64,000 bases of DNA from contig CBDDPY010000002.1 in NCBI GenBank assembly GCA_965232515.1, positions 3,136,001 through 3,200,000 of the forward strand, read 5' to 3'. Below are positions 10,535 through 19,750 of the stretch, piece by piece. The notes beneath the pieces were generated by a model. That model searched no databases, had not been told where the DNA came from, and was given only the letters and a program-made list of their open reading frames with translations. Both the position numbers and the translations under genes were made by a program. How positions within the stretch are numbered: position 1 is the stretch's first letter; the number at the start of each line of letters is the position of its first letter. Source of the DNA: Alphaproteobacteria bacterium. Its GTDB lineage: Bacteria > Pseudomonadota > Alphaproteobacteria > GCA-2731375.

Positions 10535-10668
10535 GGCGTGGTTCCTGCGGCTGAATCATGGTGCGGGTTGGATGGCCGGCCACGATAGCACCGTTCGGCG
10601 CCGATGGCGGCGGCCGGACGGCGCAAGGCGCATGGACTCGCGCACCGGGTTCGGGATAGCGTGGCCAA

Positions 10669-10917
10669 ATGGAACGTTTAAAGAACATTTCTGTCGGCAA
10701 GCTGGATGACGTGCGACTGGACGACCTCGGCGACTGGGACCGGTTCGAGGCCATGTGCGTCCGGTGCCGGCATCGCAGGGTGCTGAATCCCGCCGGATTC
10801 CGCCGCCGATGGCCGGGCGCGACGCGGGTCGCCGATCTGGCAAGAAAGCTGCGCTGCAAGGGCTGCGGCAACCGCGACGGCAACAGCCTCGGCCTCCGCC
10901 GGGTGAAGCGGGATTGA
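10669..10917 (+). CDS. Small hypothetical zinc-ribbon protein (CxxC...CxxC)
   Basis: CVRC and CKGC pairs in an 82-aa basic ORF filling the intergenic gap; start uncertain (GTG 10711 is an alternative). Confidence 0.7.
   Translation: MERLKNISVGKLDDVRLDDLGDWDRFEAMCVRCRHRRVLNPAGFRRRWPGATRVADLARKLRCKGCGNRDGNSLGLRRVKRD
10672..10686 (+). promoter_or_regulatory. Alphaproteobacterial LexA (SOS) box
   Basis: GAAC-gtttaaa-GAAC, an exact GAAC-N7-GAAC match at the 5' end of a small ORF. Confidence 0.65.
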
Positions 10918-10932
10918 CCGGCCTTTCCCCGA

Positions 10933-11346
10933 CTACGTCCGCGACTTCTTGGCATTCGTCGGGCCAGGCTTGGCGGTGAAGCGGTGGCCTTCGACCAGCT
11001 TCAACAGATCGAACGCGCTGATCATGCCGACGACCCGCTTTTCGTGGGTCACGACGAGGTGGTGGATCTTGCGCTTGCGCATGGCGCGCGCCGCGGCGCT
11101 GACGTCGTTGTAGGCCGGCACCGTGGTCACGACGTCGGTCATGATGCGCCGTATCGGCGTCTCGTCCTTGAGGCGCCGGGCGACATCGGCCGAGCTGACG
11201 ATGCCGACGGCCTCGCGGTCGGGGCCGACGACCGGCACGGCGTTGATGCGGTTGCGCTGCAACAGGTTGCGCACATGTGCGACCGTGTGGTGCGGCTGCG
11301 CCACGATGACACGCCTGGCCATCACGTCGGCGATCTTGACATTCAT
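10933..11346 (-). CDS. CBS domain-containing protein
   Basis: Two CBS repeats (IADVM...INAVPVV...GIVSSAD; IM...IHHLVV...GMISAFD); GGGGAG RBS. Confidence 0.9.
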   Translation of the reverse strand: MNVKIADVMARRVIVAQPHHTVAHVRNLLQRNRINAVPVVGPDREAVGIVSSADVARRLKDETPIRRIMTDVVTTVPAYNDVSAAARAMRKRKIHHLVVTHEKRVVGMISAFDLLKLVEGHRFTAKPGPTNAKKSRT

Positions 11347-11539
11347 TCCGTTACTCCCCCAGTGCTTGAGGTTGCCGCCGTCGCCGTGATCGGTACGCCG
11401 GCCGCATCGATGAAAAGCTCTCCCTGTTCGCCACATCAAGCCGCGACCGGGCCGGCGCGGCATTGAGGCCAATCAAGGTGGAAACGATAACGGCCGTTAG
11501 TCGCGAGTCCCGGCAACCGCGCGAACACGCGGGAATTAT

Positions 11540-11614
11540 GGTTACTGTCACCGGAATTGCGTGGAAGAGGCCAGCCCAGTTACGGTTACTGTCACCGGAA
11601 TTGTCACCGGAATT
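11540..11614. repeat. Short direct repeats (ggttac)tgtcaccggaatt x3, REP-like
   Basis: ggttactgtcaccggaatt at 11540-11558 and 11584-11602, plus tgtcaccggaatt at 11602-11614. Confidence 0.75.
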
Positions 11615-12557
11615 ATTGTCGATCCCGGCGGCGGGCGGTTTCGGCGGCGGCGATGGCCTGGATCTGGTCGCGGAGCCAGTGGAGGGCGGCGTCGCGGTCC
11701 GAGCGGGCTTGCCAGATCATGGAGAAGGTGAAGCGGTCGGTGGCGAACGGCGGCGGCCGCGTCGTGATGCCGAAGCCGTCGAGGAAGGGGGCGAGCACCG
11801 TGCGGGGTTCGGTGGCGACCAGGTCGGAAGACGCCAGGACCTGCGGCAAGAGCAGGAAATGACCGATGCCGAGGACGATGTGACGCGTCAAACCCCGGCG
11901 CGCGAGGAACCGATCCGGCAGGCCGGCGGGTTCGCCCGCCAGCGAAACATTGACGTGACGTGCGCCGGCGTAGGCCGCGAGGTCGAAAACGGCGCCATCC
12001 TGAAACAACGGGTGGCCGGCGCGGGCGGCGCAGACGAAATCCTCTTCCAGCAGCACCGCTTCGCGCATGCGCGACGGCGGCGGCGGGAAACTGCCGATCA
12101 CGCATTCGACCTCGCCGCGATCGAGCATCTCGAGGCCGATGGCATGGCTGGTGTGGCGCGCCAGGAACGTCAGGCGGTCGAGATCCCCGGCGGCGCGCGC
12201 CAGCAGCGGCGGCAGGAACAACGACGCCGCATAATCCGACATGCCGAGCACGAAGCGGCGGCGGCTCCGGGCCGGATCGAAGCGGTCGGCCTCGCCCACC
12301 ACGGCGCGGAGCTCGCCCAAGGCCCGGGTCAGGCCGGGCGCCAGCGCCAGCGCGCGCTGGGTCGGCGCCATGCGGCCGGCGCGGCGCACGAACAGCGGGT
12401 CGTGCCAGAGATCGCGCAGACGCTTGAGGGCGTGACTGACGGCCGACTGGGTCAGGCCGAGCCGCTGCGCCGCGCCGGTGACGCTGCCCTCTTCCAGCAG
12501 CGCGTCGAACACCAGCAGCGCCGACATGTCGAGCGACTTCAAGTTCGAATCATTCAT
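11613..12557 (-). CDS. LysR family transcriptional regulator
   Basis: SVTGAAQRLGLTQSAVSHALKRLR HTH; DPLFVR...PT. Confidence 0.93.
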   Translation of the reverse strand: MNDSNLKSLDMSALLVFDALLEEGSVTGAAQRLGLTQSAVSHALKRLRDLWHDPLFVRRAGRMAPTQRALALAPGLTRALGELRAVVGEADRFDPARSRRRFVLGMSDYAASLFLPPLLARAAGDLDRLTFLARHTSHAIGLEMLDRGEVECVIGSFPPPPSRMREAVLLEEDFVCAARAGHPLFQDGAVFDLAAYAGARHVNVSLAGEPAGLPDRFLARRGLTRHIVLGIGHFLLLPQVLASSDLVATEPRTVLAPFLDGFGITTRPPPFATDRFTFSMIWQARSDRDAALHWLRDQIQAIAAAETARRRDRQ

Positions 12558-12645
12558 ATCGGCTATTAAATTTATGAATTAGAAGCATGTCCACTGGCGC
12601 ATTACCTGGGAGTCAGTCCAGCAAGCAGCCAACACGGAGCCCCTC

Positions 12646-13158
12646 ATGTTCATGCCGCGACATCTATTCACGCCGATCTTTTTCGGCCTCGGACTGACCC
12701 TCTTGACCGGAGATCCCGCCATGACCGCCACCCCTGCCAGCATCGAATCCACCGCCACGCCCGCCTGCGACATGCAGCAGGACCGCTATGCCCGGGGCTT
12801 CGAGCGGCTGAACCAGATCACCAAGGGCCAGGGCCAGGCCGTGGCCGAGGCGCTGTCCCGCACCTCGCCCGACCTCGCCCGCTTCGTCATCGAATATCCC
12901 TACGGTGACGTCGCCTGCCGGCCCGGCCTGACGCTGCCGCAGCGGCAATTGGCGACGGTCGCGGCGCTGGCCGCGCTCGGCTTCGCCGCGCCGGAGCTGA
13001 AGGTGCATATCCACGGCGCGCTGAACGTTGGCGTGACGGAGGACGAGATCATCGAGACCATGATCCTGATGTCGGTCTATGCCGGCTTCCCGGCCGCCCT
13101 GCACGGCCTGAGAAGCGCGCAGGAGGTGTTCGACGACCGCGCCGGTGCCGGCCGGTAG
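12646..13158 (+). CDS. Carboxymuconolactone decarboxylase (CMD) family protein
   Basis: RQLATVAALAALG, LKVHIHGALNVG, YAGFPAA motifs; divergent from LysR; start uncertain. Confidence 0.85.
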   Translation: MFMPRHLFTPIFFGLGLTLLTGDPAMTATPASIESTATPACDMQQDRYARGFERLNQITKGQGQAVAEALSRTSPDLARFVIEYPYGDVACRPGLTLPQRQLATVAALAALGFAAPELKVHIHGALNVGVTEDEIIETMILMSVYAGFPAALHGLRSAQEVFDDRAGAGR

Positions 13159-13266
13159 GCCGGGGCCGGCGTCCTCACGACATCTTCACGTCAATTTCAA
13201 CCACGGCACGCTGCACCGAGGCAGAGGGAAACTTGATCGCAACCACGCCATGCACAAATTTTCCCT

Positions 13267-14166
13267 ATGGCAACACCGACCCTGCGACAGCTCAAGTTTC
13301 TGGTCGCGCTGGGGGAAAACGGGTCTTTTTCGCGCGCGGCGGAACTCTGTCATGTGACGCAGCCGACACTGTCGGCGGCGATCAAGGAGCTGGAAGACCT
13401 GTTGGGCGTCCGGCTGGTCGAACGCGAGGCCCGCGGCGCGCGGCTGACGCATGCCGGCGAAACGGCCGTGCGGCAGGCGAACGTGGTGCTGGCCGAGGCC
13501 AACGAATTCGTCGCCTCGGTCAACACCGCCGGCCGCCTGCTGGAGGGCCCGTTCCAACTGGGCGCGATACCGACGATCGCGCCGTTCGTTTTCGCCCAGA
13601 CCGTGACGGCGCTGCGCAACGCCTATCCGCACGCCAGACTCTATCTGCATGAGGACAAGACCGACCGCCTGCTGGAGTGCCTGCGCACGCATCAGCTCGA
13701 CGCCGCGATCATCGCCCTGCCCTGGCGGGCGAGCGGGATCGAAGCGGTCTCGGTCTTCGACGACGAATTTCTGGTCGCCGCCCCGGCGCAGCACCGGCTG
13801 GCGCGGAAGAACGACCTGAGGCCGGACGACCTGGTCGACGAGGACATGCTGCTGCTGGAAGACGGCCATTGCCTGCGCGATCACGCGCTCTCCGTCTGCG
13901 CGCAAAGCGGCGGCTTCCGCAGCGCGCAGGTGGCGGCCACGTCGCTGACCACGCTGGTGAACATGGTGGCCGGCGGCCTCGGCGTGTCGCTGTTGCCCCG
14001 GCTGGCGGTCGAGAACGGTCTGCAGATCGGCGAGGCGGTCGCGGTGCGGCGGTTCGTCGAACCGGTCGTCGGCCGCTCGATTGGCGTCGCCTGGCGTGCC
14101 GGATCGTCGAAAGAAGCCGAAGCCCGCGCGATCGCCGACGTCCTGACCGGGATGTTCGGCGCCTAG
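13267..14166 (+). CDS. oxyR: Hydrogen peroxide-inducible genes activator OxyR
   Basis: LysR HTH, GAIPTIAP, LLEDGHCLRDHALSVC with both redox cysteines. Confidence 0.92.
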   Translation: MATPTLRQLKFLVALGENGSFSRAAELCHVTQPTLSAAIKELEDLLGVRLVEREARGARLTHAGETAVRQANVVLAEANEFVASVNTAGRLLEGPFQLGAIPTIAPFVFAQTVTALRNAYPHARLYLHEDKTDRLLECLRTHQLDAAIIALPWRASGIEAVSVFDDEFLVAAPAQHRLARKNDLRPDDLVDEDMLLLEDGHCLRDHALSVCAQSGGFRSAQVAATSLTTLVNMVAGGLGVSLLPRLAVENGLQIGEAVAVRRFVEPVVGRSIGVAWRAGSSKEAEARAIADVLTGMFGA

Positions 14167-14170
14167 CCCC

Positions 14171-14725
14171 CTATTTCCCGGTCAGCAAAGCGACCATTTC
14201 GTCGTTGCCCTGGATACGGGCCAGCAGCAGCGCGGTGTTGCCCAGGAGGTCGCGCCGGGCGACGTCGGCGCCGGCCGCGCGCAGCATGCGGACCTGGGCC
14301 GTGCGGCCGAACAAAGCCGCCATCATGACCGCGGTCTGGCCGCTGTCGTTTCGGGCGTTCACGTCACAGCCCAGACCGATCAGCTTCGCCGCCATGCGGT
14401 CGTGGCCCTTGAAAGCAACGCCCATCAGCGCCGAGTTGCCGTCGCGGTCGGTCGCGCAGGCATCGGCGCCGCGCGAAACCAGAAAATCGACCGCCGCCGG
14501 CCGGTCGTTGTAGGCGGCGAGAATGAGGGCCGTGTAGCCCTTGGCGTTGCGGGCGTCCACCGGCGCGCCGGCATCGATCAGGCCCCGCAGAATATCGACC
14601 CGGCCCTGGCGCGCGGCGTCGAAATAGATCTCGGCGATCTGTTCAGGTGTGTAGCGCGGTTCCGCCGGCGCCGGGATGGCGTAAACGACGATCAGCAGCG
14701 CGAACAGCCATTTCGACATCGTCAT
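14171..14725 (-). CDS. ankB: Secreted ankyrin repeat protein (AnkB-like)
   Basis: Signal peptide, ankyrin repeats GYTALILAAYN, GNSALMGVAFKG, GQTAVMMAA; directly downstream of the catalase. Confidence 0.82.
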   Translation of the reverse strand: MTMSKWLFALLIVVYAIPAPAEPRYTPEQIAEIYFDAARQGRVDILRGLIDAGAPVDARNAKGYTALILAAYNDRPAAVDFLVSRGADACATDRDGNSALMGVAFKGHDRMAAKLIGLGCDVNARNDSGQTAVMMAALFGRTAQVRMLRAAGADVARRDLLGNTALLLARIQGNDEMVALLTGK

Positions 14726-14801
14726 GTTCCTCCGTGAGGATAAAGACGGCGCGGTGCGCATGGGGGGTTCGCAACGCACCGCGCCGTCCCGGCAACCGTC
14801 G

Positions 14802-16361
14802 TTACAGTGACGCCTGCCTAATCGCGCCGGCCCGCGTCCGCACCGCGTCGAGATTGACGTCGACGGCTTCCGCGATGCGCGCGCCATACTCCTGGTCGGC
14901 GAGATAGAAGTGCGTGACCATGATCTCCTTGATTTCCGCGTTGCGGACCTGACCGAGGTCGCCCGCGAGGTTCGAGATCAGGTTCGCCCGCTGGCCTTCG
15001 TCGAGCGACCGGTAGAAGTCGCCGGCCTGCGCGAAGGGCCGCTTCTTTTCGATCGCCTGCTTCTGGGCAATGCCGCTGACCTCAAAGCGCGGCGCGACGA
15101 CATCGGGGCTGTCGGAGAAGGCGTTGTCGTTCGTCGTGCGCGACGGCTGGAAGTTCACCTCGCCACGCGGCTGACCGAAGTTCAGGCTGCCGTCCTGGTT
15201 GTTGTTGCGGACGGTGACCCGCGGCGCGTTGACCGGCAGCATCTGGTAGTTGGTGCCGACGCGATAGCGCTGGGTGTCGGCATAGCCGAACAGACGGCCT
15301 TGCAGCAGGCGGTCGGGCGAGGCCGCGATGCCCGGCACCAGCACGCCCGGCGCGAAGGCGACCTGTTCGGTCGAGGCGAAGAAGTTCTCCGGCACCTTGT
15401 TGAGCGTCATGGTCCCGATCGGCACTGTCTTGAACAGCGGATTGTCCTCGGGCCAGTCCTTGGTGGCGTCGAACGGGTTGAAGTCGAGCTTGTCGATGTC
15501 GGCCGGATCGAGGATGACGGCGTGCAGGTCCCATTGCGGATGCTTGCCGGCATTGATCTCGGTGTAGAGCGAGTCGGTGGCGAAATTGAACGGCTTGGCG
15601 TTCGCCTCCTCGGCCGTCAGGGTTTTCACGCCCTGGCGCGAGGTCCAGCGGAACTTGGCGAAGACCTGGTTGCCGTCAGCGTCGATCAACCGGAAGGCAT
15701 GCACCGAGTTGCCGTCCATGAACTGGTAGCCGGCCGGTGTGCCGAGATCGGTGTAGACCTGGGTCAACATGTGGGTCGATTCAGGGATGTGCGAGAAGAA
15801 GTCGAAGAACCGGTTCGGGTCCTGGCGGTTGGTCACTGGCGACGGCTTCAGACTGTGCACCATGTCGGGGAACTTGATGGCGTCGCGGATGAAGAACACC
15901 GGCAGGTTGTTGCCGACGAGGTCCCAGTTGCCCTGGTCGGTATAGAACTTGACGGCGAAGCCGCGCGGATCGCGCAGGCCCTCGGGCGAGCCCTTGGGAT
16001 GGATCACGGTCGAGAAGCGCACGAAGACCGGCGTCCGCTTGCCGGTCTCGGCAAAGAGCGATGCGGCCGTGTATTCCGTGATGGCCGTATCCGTGACCAC
16101 GAACGCGCCTTCGGCGCCGGTGCCGCGCGCGTGCACGACGCGCTCGGGAATGCGCTCGCGATTGAAGCGGGCGAGCTTCTCGATCAGGTGGAAGTCTTCC
16201 AGCAGCACGCCGCCGAACGAGCCGGCGGTCTTGGAGTTCTGGTTGTCGACAACCGGCGCGCCGGAATCCTGGGTCAGCGGCGGCTGATCGGCGAAGGCCG
16301 GCGCGGCCAGCGCCGAGACGCCGAGCGCGATCGCCGCCAAATGGTGCGTCTTCATGGACAT
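14802..16361 (-). CDS. katB: Monofunctional heme catalase with signal peptide (KatB-like)
   Basis: FNRERIPERVVHARG, RFSTV, VGNN, RLFGYADTQ proximal Tyr motif; N-terminal signal peptide. Confidence 0.93.
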   Translation of the reverse strand: MSMKTHHLAAIALGVSALAAPAFADQPPLTQDSGAPVVDNQNSKTAGSFGGVLLEDFHLIEKLARFNRERIPERVVHARGTGAEGAFVVTDTAITEYTAASLFAETGKRTPVFVRFSTVIHPKGSPEGLRDPRGFAVKFYTDQGNWDLVGNNLPVFFIRDAIKFPDMVHSLKPSPVTNRQDPNRFFDFFSHIPESTHMLTQVYTDLGTPAGYQFMDGNSVHAFRLIDADGNQVFAKFRWTSRQGVKTLTAEEANAKPFNFATDSLYTEINAGKHPQWDLHAVILDPADIDKLDFNPFDATKDWPEDNPLFKTVPIGTMTLNKVPENFFASTEQVAFAPGVLVPGIAASPDRLLQGRLFGYADTQRYRVGTNYQMLPVNAPRVTVRNNNQDGSLNFGQPRGEVNFQPSRTTNDNAFSDSPDVVAPRFEVSGIAQKQAIEKKRPFAQAGDFYRSLDEGQRANLISNLAGDLGQVRNAEIKEIMVTHFYLADQEYGARIAEAVDVNLDAVRTRAGAIRQASL

Positions 16362-16430
16362 GTTCCTCCGAAATTCGCGATGTCGAATTGCTCAAGCCAC
16401 GACGCGAATAACGTGAGGCGCTCCGGCCAA

Positions 16431-16475
16431 GATTAGAAATTGATTGTCAAGGGAAGAGCTATTGACGCGGCCTAT
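16431..16475 (-). promoter_or_regulatory. Putative OxyR-binding region upstream of the catalase
   Basis: ATAG-N7-CAAT on the minus strand (16461-16475) plus an adjacent AT-rich ACAATCAATTTCTAATC tract. Confidence 0.5.
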
Positions 16476-16763
16476 AGCGCCGTGTTTTCAGGCACATACC
16501 AGCCGTTCAATGGGTATTGGAAGTTCCGGCGGCCGGTATCGGCCACGCATCCCTGCGCCTGCGACACGATGCCATCGGCTTCGTAGCCGGTGATTTCATC
16601 GACGACACCGGCCCCGACGACGAGATCGATTTCCTGGCGCCGACCGTGCAGGACAGGCTCTGACGCTTCGCGCCGAGAAAAGCATCTCTGATCCGCCCAT
16701 AGACATGGCGAGCAACGGACTCGCGCGGCGCTGACCGACGACGCCTGGGAATGGAGACGCACG

Positions 16764-16982
16764 ATGCACCACAAGAGGAAGGGGCCGAAATCGACGCGCG
16801 CCGGCTGCCTGATGTGCAAACCGCATAAGCGGCAGGGCGCGCCCCGCAAGTCACGCATGCGCCATAGCGCGCTGAAGGCGGTGGCCGCATATGCCGCCGA
16901 CGGTCGATCGGAAGCGTCGAGATCCGGCAATGCGAATGACCGCTGGACGTCAGGATTCGATCCCGGCGTCGGCACGGATTAG
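16764..16982 (+). CDS. Small basic hypothetical protein with CxxCxxH motif
   Basis: MHHKRKGPKSTRAGCLMCKPHK; GGAG RBS upstream; lies in otherwise unassigned space. Confidence 0.6.
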   Translation: MHHKRKGPKSTRAGCLMCKPHKRQGAPRKSRMRHSALKAVAAYAADGRSEASRSGNANDRWTSGFDPGVGTD

Positions 16983-17068
16983 CGCATACGTCACCTGGTC
17001 TTTCGGCCGGCCCGCGGCTGGCGGGGCGGCCCGAACCGCGACAGCCGCGACCGGCGCCGCCGTTTGCG

Positions 17069-17821
17069 TCAGCCGACGAGCCGATCGGTCGCCATTGCCG
17101 CCTGATCGGAGACGACGTGGTCGAAGTCGCGCGTCATGGCGATGACGGCGCGGGCCGAGCGGCCGAACTTATCGGCTGCGGCCAGCAGGCAGCGGCAGCG
17201 CGCGGCGCGCATGGCCGCCTTCTTGACGGCGATCTTGCGCATGTCGAAATCCATGACGGCGCCGCCGTCCTCGATGCTCGAGCAGCCGATGAGCGCGTAG
17301 TCGAGCCGCAACTCGGCCAGCGCTGTCACCACCGTCTCGCCGACGAGCGACCCGTCGCCGCCGCCGAGTTGCCCGCCCAGCACGTGCACGTCGTGGGCCT
17401 GGGCGTCGAACATCGCGCCGGCGTTCATGCTGTTCGTGAACACGGTGAGGTTTTCGGTCCGGTTGAGCACGGCCGCGGCCGCCTCGATCGTGGTGCCGAC
17501 ATCGAGGAAGATGCTGGCGCCGGCCGGCACGATGGCGGCGGCCCGGCGGGCGATCGTCCGCTTGGCGTCGGTGGCGATGGTCCGCTTGTGATGATGGCCG
17601 AGCCGCACGGCGGTGTTATCGGCGCCGATGCCGGCGCCACCGTGAAAGCGTTGCAGCAGGCCGGCGGCATCGAGCGCGATGATGTCGCGCCGGACGGTCT
17701 GGGCCGAGACCTGGAAGGATTCGGCCAAACCTTCGATCGTCACGAAGCCCTGCGCCTCGACGGCCGCCAGGATTTTCCGCTGTCGATCGGTGAGAACGGC
17801 CTCGTGGATGCTGGCCGGCAT
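17069..17821 (-). CDS. DeoR/GlpR family transcriptional regulator
   Basis: FQVSAQTVRRD HTH, RFHGGA, FLDVGTT sugar-phosphate binding motif. Confidence 0.93.
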   Translation of the reverse strand: MPASIHEAVLTDRQRKILAAVEAQGFVTIEGLAESFQVSAQTVRRDIIALDAAGLLQRFHGGAGIGADNTAVRLGHHHKRTIATDAKRTIARRAAAIVPAGASIFLDVGTTIEAAAAVLNRTENLTVFTNSMNAGAMFDAQAHDVHVLGGQLGGGDGSLVGETVVTALAELRLDYALIGCSSIEDGGAVMDFDMRKIAVKKAAMRAARCRCLLAAADKFGRSARAVIAMTRDFDHVVSDQAAMATDRLVG

Positions 17822-17841
17822 ATGCGGGACTCTTCTGCCGT

Positions 17842-17859
17842 TTGTAAGAAAACTTACAA
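17842..17859. promoter_or_regulatory. Palindromic operator between the DeoR gene and the divergent operon
   Basis: TTGTAAG-AAAA-CTTACAA with perfect 7-bp arms. Confidence 0.6.
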
Positions 17860-17901
17860 TCCCGTACTATACCGTCTTGGTCGGAAAGTCCAGGAGGTCG
17901 C

Positions 17902-18537
17902 ATGCTGACATACTCGCCCGCCACGGGCCAATTGCGCCACGCGCCCGATCTTGTTCTCGATCCGTGGCATTGGACGTGGCACGCGACGTCGGACCCGGCG
18001 CCTGCGGACGCGGCCGAGATCTCGATGCGCGACGCCGTCGCCCAGGTGCACGCAAATGCGCGCCGGCGGCTGGTGCCGGTGGCGATCATCGGCCCCCGCG
18101 ATCCCGACCCGGCGACCCGCGCGCTGGCCGAACAAATGGGTGAAGCCGTCGGCGCGCTCGGGGTGCCGGTGCTGTGCGGCGGCAAGACCGGCGTGATGGA
18201 GGCCGCGGCCAAGGGCGCCAAACGCGCCGGCGCGCTGACCATCGGCATCGTGCCGGACAACCATTGGGCGGAAGCCAACAACTTCATCGACCTGCCGCTG
18301 GCGACCGGTCTGGGCCCGGCCCGCAACGTATTGGTGGCCCGCATGTCGCTCGCCCTGGTCGCGGTGGGCGGGCAATACGGCACCATTACCGAGGCCGCCT
18401 ACGGCCTGCATTTCCACAAACCCGTGTTCGGACTGGCGGACGCGCCGCGGATCGAGGGGGTGCGCCAGATGGACAGCGTGGACGCGGTCGGGGACGCCCT
18501 GCTGCCGATCCTGCTGCGGTTGCCGGACATGTCATAA
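17902..18537 (+). CDS. LOG/TIGR00725-family Rossmann-fold nucleotide-binding protein
   Basis: CGGKTGVMEAAAKGA, TGLGPARN, VGGQYGTITEA (LOG-like GGxGTxxE). Confidence 0.85.
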   Translation: MLTYSPATGQLRHAPDLVLDPWHWTWHATSDPAPADAAEISMRDAVAQVHANARRRLVPVAIIGPRDPDPATRALAEQMGEAVGALGVPVLCGGKTGVMEAAAKGAKRAGALTIGIVPDNHWAEANNFIDLPLATGLGPARNVLVARMSLALVAVGGQYGTITEAAYGLHFHKPVFGLADAPRIEGVRQMDSVDAVGDALLPILLRLPDMS

Positions 18538-18580
18538 AACTTCCATGGACGCCGTATATCTGTAAGCAAGAAGACAAAGA

Positions 18581-19750
18581 ATGACAGGCGAGATGATTGA
18601 ACTCAGGGACGTCAGCCGGCGCTTCGGCGCCACCTTGGCCCTGGACGGCGTGTCGCTGGAGATCGCCGACGGCAGCTTCACGGCGCTGCTCGGCCCCTCG
18701 GGCTGCGGCAAGTCGACGACGCTCAGGATCATCGCCGGCCTGGACCAGCCATCGTCGGGCGAGATCCGCATCGGCGGCCGCGAGGTCTCACGGCTGTCGG
18801 CGGCCGAGCGCAACATCGCCATGGTCTTTCAGTCCTATGCGCTCTATCCGCACATGTCGGTGCGCGGCAACATCATGCTGCCGCTGGCGATGCGGAACAT
18901 GAACCGCCTGGAGCGCCTGCCGCTGCTCGACCGGCTGATGCCGTCGGCCCGCCGAAAAATCGCCGACCATGCCGGACAGGTGCGCGAGATCGCCGACATG
19001 CTGGATATCGGCGCGCTGTTGGACCGTAAGCCGGGCGAGCTGTCGGGCGGTCAGAAGCAGCGCGCCGCGGTGGCCCGCGCCCTGGTGCGCGACCCCGTCG
19101 CCTTTCTGCTGGACGAGCCGCTGTCCAACCTCGACGCCAAGCTGAGGGTGCAGATGCGCGGCGAGCTGGTCGAGCTGCACCGGCGCACGGGGCGGACCTT
19201 TGTCTACGTCACCCATGACCAGGCCGAGGCCATGAGCATGTCGGACCGGATCGCGGTGATGATGGACGGCCGGCTGGCCCAGGTCGGAGCGCCGCGCGAG
19301 ATCTACGAACGTCCGGCCTCGACCAGGGTGGCGGCCTTCATCGGCGACCATCCGATAAACCTGCTGACATCCGATGTCTCGAACGGCCGGCTGGAACCGC
19401 CGTTCGACGCCTTCGCCGTCGACGGCGCGGCGCCACCGGCCAAGGTCGTCGTTGGCCTGCGGCCTGAATCGCTGCGGCCGGTCGCGACCGGCCCGATCGG
19501 CGGCCAGCTCGTGCGCACCGAATATCTCGGCGCTCAGGCGATCGCCACCGTGCGCCTTTCCGATACCATTGCCATGCAGGCGGTGCTGCCGACCGAGGAG
19601 CCGCTGCAGCAGCCGGCCGACGCCCTGCGGTTCGACATCGATCCGCGCCAGGCGCACCTGTTCGACGCCGACACCGGCCAGCGACTCGACGCCACGCTGG
19701 TCCGGCGCGCGCCGATGGCGACGGCCCGGTCCGAAGGCGCCGGCCGATGA
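18581..19750 (+). CDS. Carbohydrate ABC transporter ATP-binding protein (UgpC/MalK-like)
   Basis: GPSGCGKS, VFQSYALYPHM, LSGGQKQR, LDEPLSNLDAKLR. Confidence 0.93.
   Translation: MTGEMIELRDVSRRFGATLALDGVSLEIADGSFTALLGPSGCGKSTTLRIIAGLDQPSSGEIRIGGREVSRLSAAERNIAMVFQSYALYPHMSVRGNIMLPLAMRNMNRLERLPLLDRLMPSARRKIADHAGQVREIADMLDIGALLDRKPGELSGGQKQRAAVARALVRDPVAFLLDEPLSNLDAKLRVQMRGELVELHRRTGRTFVYVTHDQAEAMSMSDRIAVMMDGRLAQVGAPREIYERPASTRVAAFIGDHPINLLTSDVSNGRLEPPFDAFAVDGAAPPAKVVVGLRPESLRPVATGPIGGQLVRTEYLGAQAIATVRLSDTIAMQAVLPTEEPLQQPADALRFDIDPRQAHLFDADTGQRLDATLVRRAPMATARSEGAGR

Noticed and set aside
11540-11614. Possible mini-CRISPR array
   Set aside because: Only two full 19-bp repeats, irregular spacing, and no cas genes
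14910-16436. Long antisense ORFs (also 48090..49724, 55379..56992, 59469..61142 and many others)
   Set aside because: Shadow frames opposite well-supported genes, expected from high-GC codon bias; no recognisable motifs
16486-16663. Short + strand frame (..WVLEVPAAG...TVQDRL*) resembling a gene remnant
   Set aside because: No clear start or RBS and no family that I can recognise; insufficient support for a pseudogene call
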